From the NCBI GenBank assembly GCA_041665005.1, contig JBAYJR010000001.1:4727-68726 (forward strand): DNA of 64,000 nucleotides. Reading direction: 5' to 3'. Every line of letters begins with the position of its first letter. Position 1 is the stretch's first letter. The translations under genes were made by a program, and so were the position numbers. The notes below the pieces were generated by a model. The model made no database searches. It saw only the letters and a list, made by a program, of their open reading frames with translations, and was not told the DNA's origin. Below are positions 19,230-29,490 of the stretch, in pieces. Source of the DNA: Candidatus Buchananbacteria bacterium. GTDB taxonomy: Bacteria; Patescibacteriota; Patescibacteriia; 2-01-FULL-39-33; JBAYJR01.

Positions 19230-20390
19230 ATGCCCAATCCCAAACCCAACTGTCAGGAACTTACTAACTTACTTTTGGCACTAAAAAATCTTAAGCCTGA
19301 GTTTGATTTGGCCTATCAAGAAGCCTTAATTAGCCGCGATTTGACTAAACTTAGGGGATTAAAAATACAAATTGAGAGTAAGGTAAAAGAATTGGAGGCC
19401 AAGCTTGACCCTTATAACATTGAACTACGAAAGAAATTAGCCGAAGAAAATGACTTTGATTTTGTTGGTAATTTTCATGACGGCTGGGCAAAAGTCAAAC
19501 AGTGTGGAGAATGGTTTTATGTTGATTGCTCTGGGCAACGAATTAACTCGAAAGAATACGACATTGCCTGTGATTTTTCAGAAGGCTTGGCTTCGGTTTG
19601 TAAAGATCATCAATGGTTTTATATTGATTGTGCCGGCCAAGCAATTAATTTCGAAAAATATGATGTTGCCGATAATTTTTCGGAAGGCTTAGCTTGGGTT
19701 AGAAAACAGAATACCTTTTTTTATATTAATAAGATTGGTCAGGCAATTAATACTGAAACTTATAGCAACGTTAGCCGTTTTCGGGGAGGCTTGGCTCATG
19801 TGAAAAAAACTGGAAAAAATTTGCTTATTGAAGATTTGCTTATTGATAGAACCGGTAAAGAGATAAGTTTAGGAAAATATGATATGGTTGGTGATTTTTC
19901 GGAAGGCTTGGTAAGAGTTTATTGTAAAGATCAGGGATGGTTTTATGTTGACCGCATGGGTCAAGAAATTAGTGCCGAAAGATATGATGGTGCGGAGGAT
20001 TTTCATGAAGGCTTGGCTCAAGTTAAAAGACAGGGGCAGTGGTTTTACATTAACCAGTCTGGGCGAGCAGTTAATCAAGAAACATATGATTTTGCTTCTA
20101 ATTTTTCGGAAGGTCTGACCCGGGTTATGAAAAATAGAAAAATGTTCTATATTGATCACGAGGGTCAAACAGTTAATCAAGAAACATATGATGAGGCTAG
20201 AGATTTCTCGGAAGGCTTGGCTCCAGTTAGAAAAGATGATAAGTGGTTTTATATTGATCGCGCTTGCCAAGCAATTAATTCTGAAAAATATAATATTGCC
20301 TTAAATTTTTGTGGAGGATTGGCATTAGTTACAAAAGCCGGAGAACGGTTTTATATTGACCACACTGGTCGCAAAATATTTAAGGATTAA
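19230..20390 (+). CDS. WG-repeat protein (paralog 3)
   Basis: Same repeats and N-terminal module; terminator at ~20411-20436. Confidence 0.88.
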   Translation: MPNPKPNCQELTNLLLALKNLKPEFDLAYQEALISRDLTKLRGLKIQIESKVKELEAKLDPYNIELRKKLAEENDFDFVGNFHDGWAKVKQCGEWFYVDCSGQRINSKEYDIACDFSEGLASVCKDHQWFYIDCAGQAINFEKYDVADNFSEGLAWVRKQNTFFYINKIGQAINTETYSNVSRFRGGLAHVKKTGKNLLIEDLLIDRTGKEISLGKYDMVGDFSEGLVRVYCKDQGWFYVDRMGQEISAERYDGAEDFHEGLAQVKRQGQWFYINQSGRAVNQETYDFASNFSEGLTRVMKNRKMFYIDHEGQTVNQETYDEARDFSEGLAPVRKDDKWFYIDRACQAINSEKYNIALNFCGGLALVTKAGERFYIDHTGRKIFKD

Positions 20391-20607
20391 TGATTTTATT
20401 CGTAGTTTAAAAACCCACTAGTTTAGCGGGTTTTTTAGTCTTTTTGGGACCGTTGACATAAGCTGATATTTAATTTTGAAATAACACTAAAATAGTTTAT
20501 AATATAGGCAGCTAAAATTAAAAACCAAAAGTCAAAAATCAAGATTGTTGGGGGCTACTAATTAGTATAATTTAACGTTTTGAGCTTTGACTTTTGATTT
20601 TTTTATT

Positions 20608-23600
20608 ATGTCATTTGTTCACCTACACACCCATTCGCATTATAGTTTGTTGGATGGTTTAAGCAAAATACCAGAATTAGTAAATCATGCCAAGGAATTG
20701 GGGATGCCGGCTTTGGCGTTAACGGACCATGGCGTAATGTATGGGGCGGTTGATTTTATGCAATCGGCGACTAAGGCGGGGATTAAGCCAATTATCGGCG
20801 TGGAGGCTTATGTTGCGCCTAATGGGCGGTTAAATAAGCGCCCTAAAATTGATGAACGGCCTTATCATTTGGTGTTATTAGCCAAAAATAATATTGGCTA
20901 TAAGAATTTGTTAAAATTAACCACAGCGGCACACTTAGAAGGTTTTTATTATAAACCGCGGATTGATTGGGAAATTTTAGAACAAAACCAGGAAGGTTTA
21001 ATCGCTTTAACCGCTTGTTTGCAAGGAGAGCTACCGCGAGCGATTTTAAATGATGATCCGAAGAAGGTTAAAGAATTAATTGAGCGTTTTCAAAAAATAT
21101 TTAAAGAAGATTTTTATTTGGAAGTTCAGCATCACCCTAGTTTGCCCAAGCAAAGGCAGGTTAATCAAGAAATTTTTAGTTTAGCTAAAGCCAATGGTAT
21201 TGGGGTAGTGGCCACCAACGACATTCATTACACCAAGGCTAGCGACGCCGAAGCCCAGGATATTTTGTTGTGCATCCAAACCAAAAAAGTTTTAACCGAT
21301 CCGGATCGTCTAAGTTATTTGGGTGAGGATTTTTCAATGCGTTCGCCCGAGCAAATGCAAAAAGATTTTAGCGATCATCCGGAAGTCATTAGTAATACTT
21401 TAAGAATCGCTGAACAATGCAATTGGCAGTTGGAATTTGGTAAAACCTTTTTGCCGCATTTTCCTTTACCGGCCGGAGTAACCCCAGAAAAATATCTGAG
21501 CGAGATGTGCTATAAAAATTTACCAACTAGATATCCGCAGGCGGTAACCGGCCCGGCGGCGACGGAAGTAAAAGAGCGTTTAGAATATGAATTAGGCATC
21601 GTGGGTAAAACTGGTTTTGCTTCATATTTTTTGATTGTACAAGATTTTATTAATTGGGCCAAAAACAATGGCGTGGTAGTTGGTCCGGGGCGTGGTTCCG
21701 CCGCCGGTTCGATCGTTGCTTTTTTAACTAATATTACTAATATTGATCCAATTAAGTATAATTTGCTGTTTGAAAGATTTTTAAATCCCGAACGTATTTC
21801 CATGCCGGATATTGATACTGATTTTGCCGATATTCGTCGAGATCAGGTATTACGGTATGTAGAACAAAAATATGGTAAAGATCACGTGGCGCAAATTATT
21901 ACTTTTGGGACGATGGCGGCTCGGGCGGTAATACGTGACGTGGGTCGAGCCATGAGCTTGCCTTATAGCTATTGCGATAAGGTGGCCAAGTTTATTCCGA
22001 TGATGACGCCGCTTAAAGAAGCCTTGGCAACCGTGCCGGAGCTAAAGGAGGTTTTAGCCACTGAGGATGGAAAAAAATTAATGGACATTGCTTTGCGCTT
22101 GGAAGGGGTAGCTAGACATTCCTCAGTTCATGCTTGTGGAGTAGTTATTACTAAAGAGCCACTAGTAGAATATTTGCCGCTACAATATTCACCCAGTGGT
22201 GATGAAGCAGTAATTACCCAATATTCTTTGCATCCGGTAGAGGATTTAGGTTTATTGAAAATGGATTTTTTAGGTTTAAAAAATTTAACAATCATTGAGC
22301 GCACTTTAGAAGTGGTAGAAAAAGTTCGGGGACAAAAAATTGATATTAATCAGTTGCCCTTGAATGATCAGGCCACTTTTAAATTATTACAAGAAGCAGA
22401 AACTACTGGAGTATTTCAGATAGAAAGTTCGGGGATGAAAAGATATTTAAAACAATTAAGGCCGACGGAATTGGAAGATATTATTGCCATGGTGGCTTTG
22501 TATCGTCCCGGTCCAATGGAATATATTCCTGATTATATTGAAGGTAAGCATGGCCGTAAGAAAATAGAATATTTAGATCTTAGATTAAAGCCAATTTTGG
22601 AAAAAACTTACGGTATTGTGGTTTATCAAGAGCAATTGATGCAAATTGCCCGTGATTTGGCCGGTTTTACTTTAGGTCAGGCAGATGTTTTGCGTAAGGC
22701 AGTTGGTAAAAAGAATTTAAAACTTTTGAAAGAGCAGGAAGAAAAAATGATTGCCGGCATGATTAAAAATAAAATTACCCAAAAAGTAGCGCAACAAATT
22801 TGGAATTTTATTTTGCCTTTTGCGGCTTATGGGTTTAATCGTTCTCACGCGGCTTGTTACGCAATGATTGCTTATCAGACCGCTTATTTGAAGGCACATT
22901 TTGCCCCAGAATTTATGTCTTCGTTATTAACTTCTGACCAAGGTGATATTGAGCGCGTAGCCGAAGTTGTTGAGGAATGCCGGCAAATGGGGATTGCGGT
23001 TTTACCGCCAGATATAAATGAAAGTTTTAAAACTTTTACGGTGGTGGCCGAAACACTAGAGACGGATCAGCCGCGGTTGCGTTTTGGTTTATTGGCGATT
23101 AAAAATATGGGAGAAAATATTGTCAGTGCGATTATTAGTGAACGCAAGGCCAATGGTGTTTATAAAAATTTAGAAGATTTATTGTCGCGGGTTAAAAATA
23201 AGGATTTAAATAAAAAATCTTTGGAGGCTTTAATTAAGTCTGGCAGTTTGGATAGCTTTGGTGAACGCAATCAATTGCTAAAAAATATTGAAAAAATGTT
23301 ACAGTTTACCAAGGAAGTAAATAATCACGAAGAAACTCAACAGGTTAGTTTGTTTAACGAGTTACCACAGGCTATGTTGGTTTCTTTGCGTTTAACCGCT
23401 TATCCGGAGGCCTCTAAGGCTGAAAAATTGGCCTGGGAGAAGGAGTTTTTGGGTTTATTTATCTCTGAACACCCTTTGAAGGATTATGAGGCAGTTTTAC
23501 AGGGCTTGACGGTTAACACTAATCAATTATTCTCAAAGGCGAGTCAGGTGGTTAAAATTGCCGGAATCGTTACGGCGGTTAAAAGAATCTTTACTAAAAA

Positions 23601-24177
23601 AGGGGAATTAATGTTGTTTGTTAAAATTGAAGACGCTAAAGGTAGCACGGAGGTTTTGGTTTTCCCTAAAGTTTTACAAAATAGTAATCGTGAAGTTTGG
23701 CAAGAAAATTTAGTGCTACTTGTTGAGGGTCGGGTGTCGGATAAGGACGGTGAAATGAAAATTTTGGCGGAACGAGTTTGTGTTTTAACTTTAGAACAAG
23801 CTCCCGCCTTGATTGCGGAGTTTATCAAAGCGGGTGGCAATCATAGTTATGGCAACGGTTATCAAAGGGGTTATCAAAATGGTTATCAAAAAAATTATAA
23901 TAATTTTTCCAGTCAAAAACTGGAACCAACTTTGGCTCCCTCGACTAGTCCAGAACCAGTCAAAGTTTTACCAGTGGCAATAAATTTAACGGAACCGATT
24001 TCGGCGGAAATATTAAAAGGTTTAAAGGAGCTTTTAACGGCGCAACCGGGTCAGCAACAAATTTATTTAATTATTAAACAACTAGATGGTAGTTTAAAAA
24101 AGATTAAGACGCAATACGTGGTTAAGTGGGATGAAGTTTTAAAACAACAGATTAAAAATTTGTTGGGGCGGACTTAG
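20608..24177 (+). CDS. dnaE: DNA polymerase III alpha subunit
   Basis: PHP motif HLHTHSHYSLLDG, GPGRGSAAGS, PDIDTDF, YGFNRSHA; ATG at 20608. Confidence 0.97.
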   Translation: MSFVHLHTHSHYSLLDGLSKIPELVNHAKELGMPALALTDHGVMYGAVDFMQSATKAGIKPIIGVEAYVAPNGRLNKRPKIDERPYHLVLLAKNNIGYKNLLKLTTAAHLEGFYYKPRIDWEILEQNQEGLIALTACLQGELPRAILNDDPKKVKELIERFQKIFKEDFYLEVQHHPSLPKQRQVNQEIFSLAKANGIGVVATNDIHYTKASDAEAQDILLCIQTKKVLTDPDRLSYLGEDFSMRSPEQMQKDFSDHPEVISNTLRIAEQCNWQLEFGKTFLPHFPLPAGVTPEKYLSEMCYKNLPTRYPQAVTGPAATEVKERLEYELGIVGKTGFASYFLIVQDFINWAKNNGVVVGPGRGSAAGSIVAFLTNITNIDPIKYNLLFERFLNPERISMPDIDTDFADIRRDQVLRYVEQKYGKDHVAQIITFGTMAARAVIRDVGRAMSLPYSYCDKVAKFIPMMTPLKEALATVPELKEVLATEDGKKLMDIALRLEGVARHSSVHACGVVITKEPLVEYLPLQYSPSGDEAVITQYSLHPVEDLGLLKMDFLGLKNLTIIERTLEVVEKVRGQKIDINQLPLNDQATFKLLQEAETTGVFQIESSGMKRYLKQLRPTELEDIIAMVALYRPGPMEYIPDYIEGKHGRKKIEYLDLRLKPILEKTYGIVVYQEQLMQIARDLAGFTLGQADVLRKAVGKKNLKLLKEQEEKMIAGMIKNKITQKVAQQIWNFILPFAAYGFNRSHAACYAMIAYQTAYLKAHFAPEFMSSLLTSDQGDIERVAEVVEECRQMGIAVLPPDINESFKTFTVVAETLETDQPRLRFGLLAIKNMGENIVSAIISERKANGVYKNLEDLLSRVKNKDLNKKSLEALIKSGSLDSFGERNQLLKNIEKMLQFTKEVNNHEETQQVSLFNELPQAMLVSLRLTAYPEASKAEKLAWEKEFLGLFISEHPLKDYEAVLQGLTVNTNQLFSKASQVVKIAGIVTAVKRIFTKKGELMLFVKIEDAKGSTEVLVFPKVLQNSNREVWQENLVLLVEGRVSDKDGEMKILAERVCVLTLEQAPALIAEFIKAGGNHSYGNGYQRGYQNGYQKNYNNFSSQKLEPTLAPSTSPEPVKVLPVAINLTEPISAEILKGLKELLTAQPGQQQIYLIIKQLDGSLKKIKTQYVVKWDEVLKQQIKNLLGRT

Positions 24178-24223
24178 GTTGGTTAAATATTGGCTTGGTG
24201 ATATAATATAAATAAGTAAAAAT

Positions 24224-25351
24224 ATGATTAAAAATTCAGAAATAAAAATTGGTTTATATCGGCGTTTGGCCATTAGTTTTATAAGCTTAACCGTTATTTT
24301 ATTGGTGGCGGTAATTTATTTTTCTTTAGCTAAAGCCGAAATTCAAATCGTGCCTTTGGCCCAGTCCAGTAATGTTGATTTTGTGATTAATATTCAAAAC
24401 CAAGCTAGCGGTGAGGAAACGTTAGCCGGTCAGCTGGTTGAGGCTAGCTTGGCCGCCGAAAAGGTCTTTCCTGTTATTGCTACCAAGGAAATTAAAACTA
24501 ACATTTTAGGGGAAGTGACGCTAACTAATACCACTAATAATCCGCAAACTTTAGTGGCGACTACTCGGCTATTAAGTCCGGATCAGGTCTTATTAAGATT
24601 AAATAAAAAAGTTTTGGTGCCCGCTAAGGGCCAAGTTAGTGTTGAGGTTTATGCAGATAAGCCGGAAGCTTTTAGTACTTTAGCACCGACCAAATTTACT
24701 ATTCCTGGCTTGCGCCAAGATTTGCAAAGCCAAATTTATGCCGAAAGTGCTAATCAGTTAACTTCGGGTTTTCGGCAAATAAAAATTTTAACGCAGGTAG
24801 AAATTGATCGGATTAGAGGAGAATATACCAAGGAATTAACTAAGCAAATAATTTCTCAATTAAATTCTAAAATTGGGGGACAACTAGCCGAAGACCAGGT
24901 TAAGGTAGAAATTAAGGATTTTTCGGTTAGCGATCCGGTTGAGACGGAGACTGATGAAACGACGGTTAAATTAGCCTTGCATGCGGTAGCAGTGACTTAT
25001 GATCAAAACAAGATGTTGGAATTAGCGCAGACTAAGTTATTAGGCTATTTGCCTCAGGCTAAGGAATTGGCGGGGTTATCGGGTAGCCAGTTGACAGTAG
25101 CAATTCAGGATTATGATTTAGCCAAGCAACAGGCCAAGCTTAGGGTGAGTTATCAGACCAATTTTTGGCTGCAACCGGGGTCGGGTATTTTGGATAAAAG
25201 TCAGTTAGTGGGCTTAAGCACGGAACAGGTTAAACAATATTTTACTCAATTTTCTGAGATTAAAGAGATTAAAATAAAATTATCGCCACCGTGGTCAACT
25301 TATTTGCCCAAAGAAGAAAGTAAGATTGAAATAAAAATTATTAGTCAGTAA
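24224..25351 (+). CDS. Membrane-anchored hypothetical protein (possibly baseplate-J-like domain)
   Basis: N-terminal TM helix; beta-rich region with LVATTRL and KFTIPGL. Confidence 0.6.
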   Translation: MIKNSEIKIGLYRRLAISFISLTVILLVAVIYFSLAKAEIQIVPLAQSSNVDFVINIQNQASGEETLAGQLVEASLAAEKVFPVIATKEIKTNILGEVTLTNTTNNPQTLVATTRLLSPDQVLLRLNKKVLVPAKGQVSVEVYADKPEAFSTLAPTKFTIPGLRQDLQSQIYAESANQLTSGFRQIKILTQVEIDRIRGEYTKELTKQIISQLNSKIGGQLAEDQVKVEIKDFSVSDPVETETDETTVKLALHAVAVTYDQNKMLELAQTKLLGYLPQAKELAGLSGSQLTVAIQDYDLAKQQAKLRVSYQTNFWLQPGSGILDKSQLVGLSTEQVKQYFTQFSEIKEIKIKLSPPWSTYLPKEESKIEIKIISQ

Positions 25352-25367
25352 TTTTAAAAGCCGGCTG

Positions 25368-25718
25368 TTAAACAGTCGGCTTTATTAGAGGCCAAATTTT
25401 ACTTGCCACGTCTTCGGGACTTTTATTTTCCCAGTTGGCTGAAATTACTTCGCAGTCAATTTTTTTAACCCAAGCGGTTAAACTTTCGTCGGCGGTGAAA
25501 ATATAAATTTTGCCTGAGAATATTTCTTTTAAAAAAGAAATATCTTTTTTTTCCGCCTCAACCGGTGCTACTAAGGCAACCAGTTTAATTTGATTGTCCT
25601 TAATAAGTTTTTCGGCCAGGAGAACCATTTTGGTCCAAAAGTACGGTTGGCCGGATGTTTGTTTTACCTCACTAAGCAGGCAAGTGTTAGTAAATTCGCC
25701 AAACAAATAAATTAGCAT
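25368..25718 (-). CDS. Hypothetical protein
   Basis: AAAGGAGG SD and its own TTGACG..TAAAGT promoter on the - strand. Confidence 0.6.
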   Translation of the reverse strand: MLIYLFGEFTNTCLLSEVKQTSGQPYFWTKMVLLAEKLIKDNQIKLVALVAPVEAEKKDISFLKEIFSGKIYIFTADESLTAWVKKIDCEVISANWENKSPEDVASKIWPLIKPTV

Positions 25719-25810
25719 ACAAAATCCTCCTTTAAATTTGAAAATACTTTAGCATAAATAGTTAGAGGCGTCAATTGACTTATTTTGCGGCTTGCGGTAT
25801 ATTATTACTA

Positions 25811-25978
25811 GGCGATTGAGGGTTTTACCAAAACCTTTGTTTATTTAAGCATTTTGCGCCAAGCGCAGAACTAAGCCAAGTTTAATGAAGTGATCCGGCC
25901 TGACGGTCGTGATAAGCAGGGTGGAACCACCCCGACACAGTCGAGGGTCCCGGCAGACATTGTTTGGCCGGTTTTATT
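25811..25978 (+). promoter_or_regulatory. T-box riboswitch (Thr) upstream of thrS
   Basis: T-box AAGCAGGGTGGAACCAC..GTCCC at ~25914-25951; terminator CCGGC..GCCGG followed by a U-tract; ACC (Thr) at 25827-25829; promoter TTGACT..TATATT. Confidence 0.8.
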
Positions 25979-26021
25979 TTGTGTAAAATATACTAAGTAT
26001 AATAAATAATTATAAAATTAT

Positions 26022-27782
26022 ATGACAACCGAAAAAATTGATTTGCAGATTAGGCGCCATTCTTGTGCGCATTTAATGGCTGCGGCTGTGCAAGTATTAT
26101 GGCCCGAAACTAAATTCGCGATTGGCCCGGCTATTGACGAGGGATTTTATTATGATTTTGATTTACCCCAGGCACTCTCACCCGAGGATTTAGTAAAAAT
26201 TGAAGCTAAAATGTCGGAGTTAAAAAAACAGGGCTTAGCTTTTGAACGCCAAGAATTAACCATTGATGAAGCGATTAAGCAAATGCGTCAAGCTGGTCAA
26301 ATTTACAAAGTGGAATTATTAGAAGAATTAAAAGTCGCTGGCGAAACTAAGGTTAGTTTTTATCAAACTGGGGAATTTGTTGATTTATGCCGAGGGCCAC
26401 ATTTGGCCAGCACTAAAGAAATTGGCAGTTTTAAACTATTGTCTTTAGCGGGAGCTTATTGGCGGGGCGATGAAAAAAATAAAATGTTAACCCGGATTTA
26501 TGGCACTTGTTTTGCTGCCAAAGAAGAATTAGCTGCTCACTTAAATAATTTAGAAGAAGCTAAAAAAAGGGATCATCGAGTAATTGGTAAAAATCTCAAC
26601 CTGTTTGTATTTTCTGATCTAGTGGGTAAGGGTTTGCCGCTATTAACCGAGAAAGGTTCAGTGATTAGGCGGGAGCTGGAGAGGTATATTGTTGATGAAG
26701 AGATTAAGCGCGGATATAAGCATGTTTATACCCCGGATATTGCTAAAGTAGATTTATATCGAAAGTCCGGTCATTATCCTTATTATAAAGACACAATGTA
26801 TCCGGTGATGAAGGTTGACGAAGAAGAATTGATTCTGCGGCCAATGACTTGTCCCCATCATTTTGAATTATATTTAAGCAAACCTAGAAGCTATAAGGAG
26901 TTGCCAGTCAGGTTTGCCGAGTTAGCCAAACAGTTTCGTTATGAAAAATCCGGTGAGTTAACGGGACTAATGAGAGTGCGATCTTTTTGTTTGGCTGATG
27001 CTCATATAGTTTGTCGAAAAGACCAAGCAGTGAGCGAGATTAACAGTGCTCTGAATTTAATTGAGGATGTAGCGACGGTCTTGGGATTAAAAAAGGGCGA
27101 GAATTATCGTTACCGACTCTCTCTGGGTGATAGAAAGGAAGAAAAAAAATATTATAAAGACGACGAGGCCTGGGATTCTGCCGAGGACATTTTACGTAAA
27201 GTTTTGACTACCCGTGAATCACCATTTTTTGAAGCAGTAGGTGAGGCGGCTTTTTATGGCCCCAAAATAGACATTCAGATGAAAAATTGGTCTGGGGGAG
27301 AAAATACTGCTTTTACTGTGCAGTACGACTTTGTTATGCCTAAGAGGTTTAAGCTAGTATATAATGATAGCGATGGGCAAGAGAAAGAAGCTATTGTGAT
27401 TCATCGTTCTTCGATTGGAGCCTTTGAGAGAGTTATGGCATTTTTGATTGAGCATTATGCTGGCGCTTTTCCGGTATGGTTATCGCCAGTGCAAGCGCAG
27501 ATTATTACGGTGTCGGACAAATTTAATGAGTATGGAGAAAAAGTTTTGGCGGAATTAAAAGAAGTTAGTATTCGAGCAGAATTAGATAGTGGTAATGACT
27601 CTTTGGGTAAAAAAATTCGTAATGCCGAGAAACAAAAAATTCCTTATGTTTTAGTAGTAGGCGAAAAAGAAGAAAAAGCGAAGTCAGTCGGGGTCCGGGC
27701 GCGTAGTCAGGGAGATTTGGGTGAAGTAAAATTGTCAGAGTTTATTAAAAAGATTATTAAGGAAGTAATCAAACGAACTTAA
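26022..27782 (+). CDS. thrS: Threonine-tRNA ligase
   Basis: RHSCAHLMA, DLCRGPH, GAYWRG, RPMTCPHH, AFYGPKID. Confidence 0.97.
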   Translation: MTTEKIDLQIRRHSCAHLMAAAVQVLWPETKFAIGPAIDEGFYYDFDLPQALSPEDLVKIEAKMSELKKQGLAFERQELTIDEAIKQMRQAGQIYKVELLEELKVAGETKVSFYQTGEFVDLCRGPHLASTKEIGSFKLLSLAGAYWRGDEKNKMLTRIYGTCFAAKEELAAHLNNLEEAKKRDHRVIGKNLNLFVFSDLVGKGLPLLTEKGSVIRRELERYIVDEEIKRGYKHVYTPDIAKVDLYRKSGHYPYYKDTMYPVMKVDEEELILRPMTCPHHFELYLSKPRSYKELPVRFAELAKQFRYEKSGELTGLMRVRSFCLADAHIVCRKDQAVSEINSALNLIEDVATVLGLKKGENYRYRLSLGDRKEEKKYYKDDEAWDSAEDILRKVLTTRESPFFEAVGEAAFYGPKIDIQMKNWSGGENTAFTVQYDFVMPKRFKLVYNDSDGQEKEAIVIHRSSIGAFERVMAFLIEHYAGAFPVWLSPVQAQIITVSDKFNEYGEKVLAELKEVSIRAELDSGNDSLGKKIRNAEKQKIPYVLVVGEKEEKAKSVGVRARSQGDLGEVKLSEFIKKIIKEVIKRT

Positions 27783-28223
27783 ATGAAGATAAGAAATTGT
27801 TTGTTAGTTTTGTTGGTGATTTTAGTAGCGGGTTGTACGGTTGGTTTATCTAATAATTTGCCTTTGACTGGTGATACCAATAATCAAATAATTAATCGAC
27901 CAGCAAGTTCGACAAGTCTGTGGTGGGTGGCTTATACGCCGATGCAATGTCAAGAAACTCCGTGGCAAATTTGGTTTGAATCTGGCCAAGCGCCAAAATA
28001 TCTAACTGCTCCGACCGAGGAACAATTAGCGCAAGATTATTTAGTGCAAGTGCTAGCGGTGGCCGTAATAAAACTAGAAAAAGTTCGGCCAGAGGGGGTT
28101 AGTTTTTGCCAAGCCTGTTTTAGTTGTCCGCAAGGTTATTATTTGAATGTTCAAGTTAATAAAATTGATCGGCAAAAATTATTGAATAATGATTGGCAAG
28201 ATGCCATTAAAATTAAAGAATAA
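27783..28223 (+). CDS. Hypothetical lipoprotein
   Basis: Lipobox LVAGC after a hydrophobic signal; CQACFSC motif. Confidence 0.7.
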   Translation: MKIRNCLLVLLVILVAGCTVGLSNNLPLTGDTNNQIINRPASSTSLWWVAYTPMQCQETPWQIWFESGQAPKYLTAPTEEQLAQDYLVQVLAVAVIKLEKVRPEGVSFCQACFSCPQGYYLNVQVNKIDRQKLLNNDWQDAIKIKE

Positions 28224-28225
28224 TC

Positions 28226-29488
28226 ATGAAAAGATATTTTCTTTATATTTATGGTTGTCAGCTGAATTTAGCAGATGCTGAACGTTTAGCCCAAGTCTTA
28301 GAAGATTTGGGTTATGTTCGGGCGGCCAAAGTAGCTGAGGCAAATTTAGTAGTAATAGTGGCTTGTTCGGTTAGACAAAAGGCGGTGGATAAATTGTTTG
28401 GCTTAGCCAAAAATTTAAAAAAATTAAAATTAAAACCCCAAACCATTTTAACCGGTTGCGTAGCGCCTACTGATAAGTTAAAGTTTAAAAATAAATTTGA
28501 CTTAGTAATAGAGATTAAAGAATTAATAAATTTGCCACGATATTTAAAGAATAAATCAAAATCCAAGCGGCAACAGAATTATTTATCTTTGTTGCCCTTA
28601 TATCATTCAACTTTTCAAGCCTATATTCCAGTAATGACTGGTTGTAATAATTTTTGTGCTTATTGTATTGTGCCTTATGTTCGTGGTCGTGAATATAGCC
28701 GTCCGGCCGGAGAGGTTATTAAGGAAGTTGCTAAATTAATTAAGGCTGGCTATAAGGAGATCACACTAGTTGGACAAAATGTTAACTCTTACGCTTATCA
28801 AAAATATGATTTTCCTAAGTTGTTAAAAACCATTGATCAGTTGCCGGGTCAGTATTGGCTTCGTTTTTTAACCAGCCATCCTAAAGATTTATCTAAGGAG
28901 CTAATCGCGGTAATGAAGGCAGGTAGGCACTTGACGCCTTATTTGCATTTACCTTTGCAGGCTGGTGATGATCAAATTTTACGTAAGATGAATCGGGGCT
29001 ATACGGTCAAGCAGTATCTGGCGTTGATTAAACAAGTGCGTCAGGCGGTGCCGGGTTTGGCTATCACTACGGATATTATTGTCGGCTTTCCGACTGAAAC
29101 TAAAAAACAATTTGCGCAAACTAAAAAAGTTTTTAAGCAAATTGGTTATGATATGGCTTATCTATCGCAATATTCGCCCCGGCCAAGTACAGCCGCCGCG
29201 CGATTGGTTGATGATGTCGTACCTACCGAAAAGAAAAGACGGTGGCAAGAGTTAAATCAATTATTAAAGCAATCAAGCCTAAAAGCTAATCGTCGTTGGC
29301 TGGGCAAGGAGACAATGGTTTTAGTAGATCAGGTAAAAGCCGATAATAAGTTAGTAATTAATTTTGCTAAAACAATCGATTTAAAAAATGTTAAATTTAC
29401 AGCGGCTAAAAGCCATTTAGGGCAATTTGTTAAAGTTAAAATAGTAAAGATTAATGATTTTAATTTATTAGCCGAAGTAATTAGATAG
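28226..29488 (+). CDS. miaB: tRNA-2-methylthio-N6-dimethylallyladenosine synthase
   Basis: YGCQLN, CNNFCAYC radical-SAM motif, TTDIIVGFP, adjacent to miaA. Confidence 0.9.
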   Translation: MKRYFLYIYGCQLNLADAERLAQVLEDLGYVRAAKVAEANLVVIVACSVRQKAVDKLFGLAKNLKKLKLKPQTILTGCVAPTDKLKFKNKFDLVIEIKELINLPRYLKNKSKSKRQQNYLSLLPLYHSTFQAYIPVMTGCNNFCAYCIVPYVRGREYSRPAGEVIKEVAKLIKAGYKEITLVGQNVNSYAYQKYDFPKLLKTIDQLPGQYWLRFLTSHPKDLSKELIAVMKAGRHLTPYLHLPLQAGDDQILRKMNRGYTVKQYLALIKQVRQAVPGLAITTDIIVGFPTETKKQFAQTKKVFKQIGYDMAYLSQYSPRPSTAAARLVDDVVPTEKKRRWQELNQLLKQSSLKANRRWLGKETMVLVDQVKADNKLVINFAKTIDLKNVKFTAAKSHLGQFVKVKIVKINDFNLLAEVIR

Positions 29489-29490
29489 TT

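Noticed and set aside
24224-25351. Phage tail or contractile system from the baseplate-J-like resemblance
   Set aside because: Single membrane-anchored gene with no other phage structural genes nearby; the resemblance itself is weak.
26570-27500. Possible codon-style shift within thrS (mosaic gene)
   Set aside because: Only a visual impression; cannot be supported without codon statistics or phylogeny.
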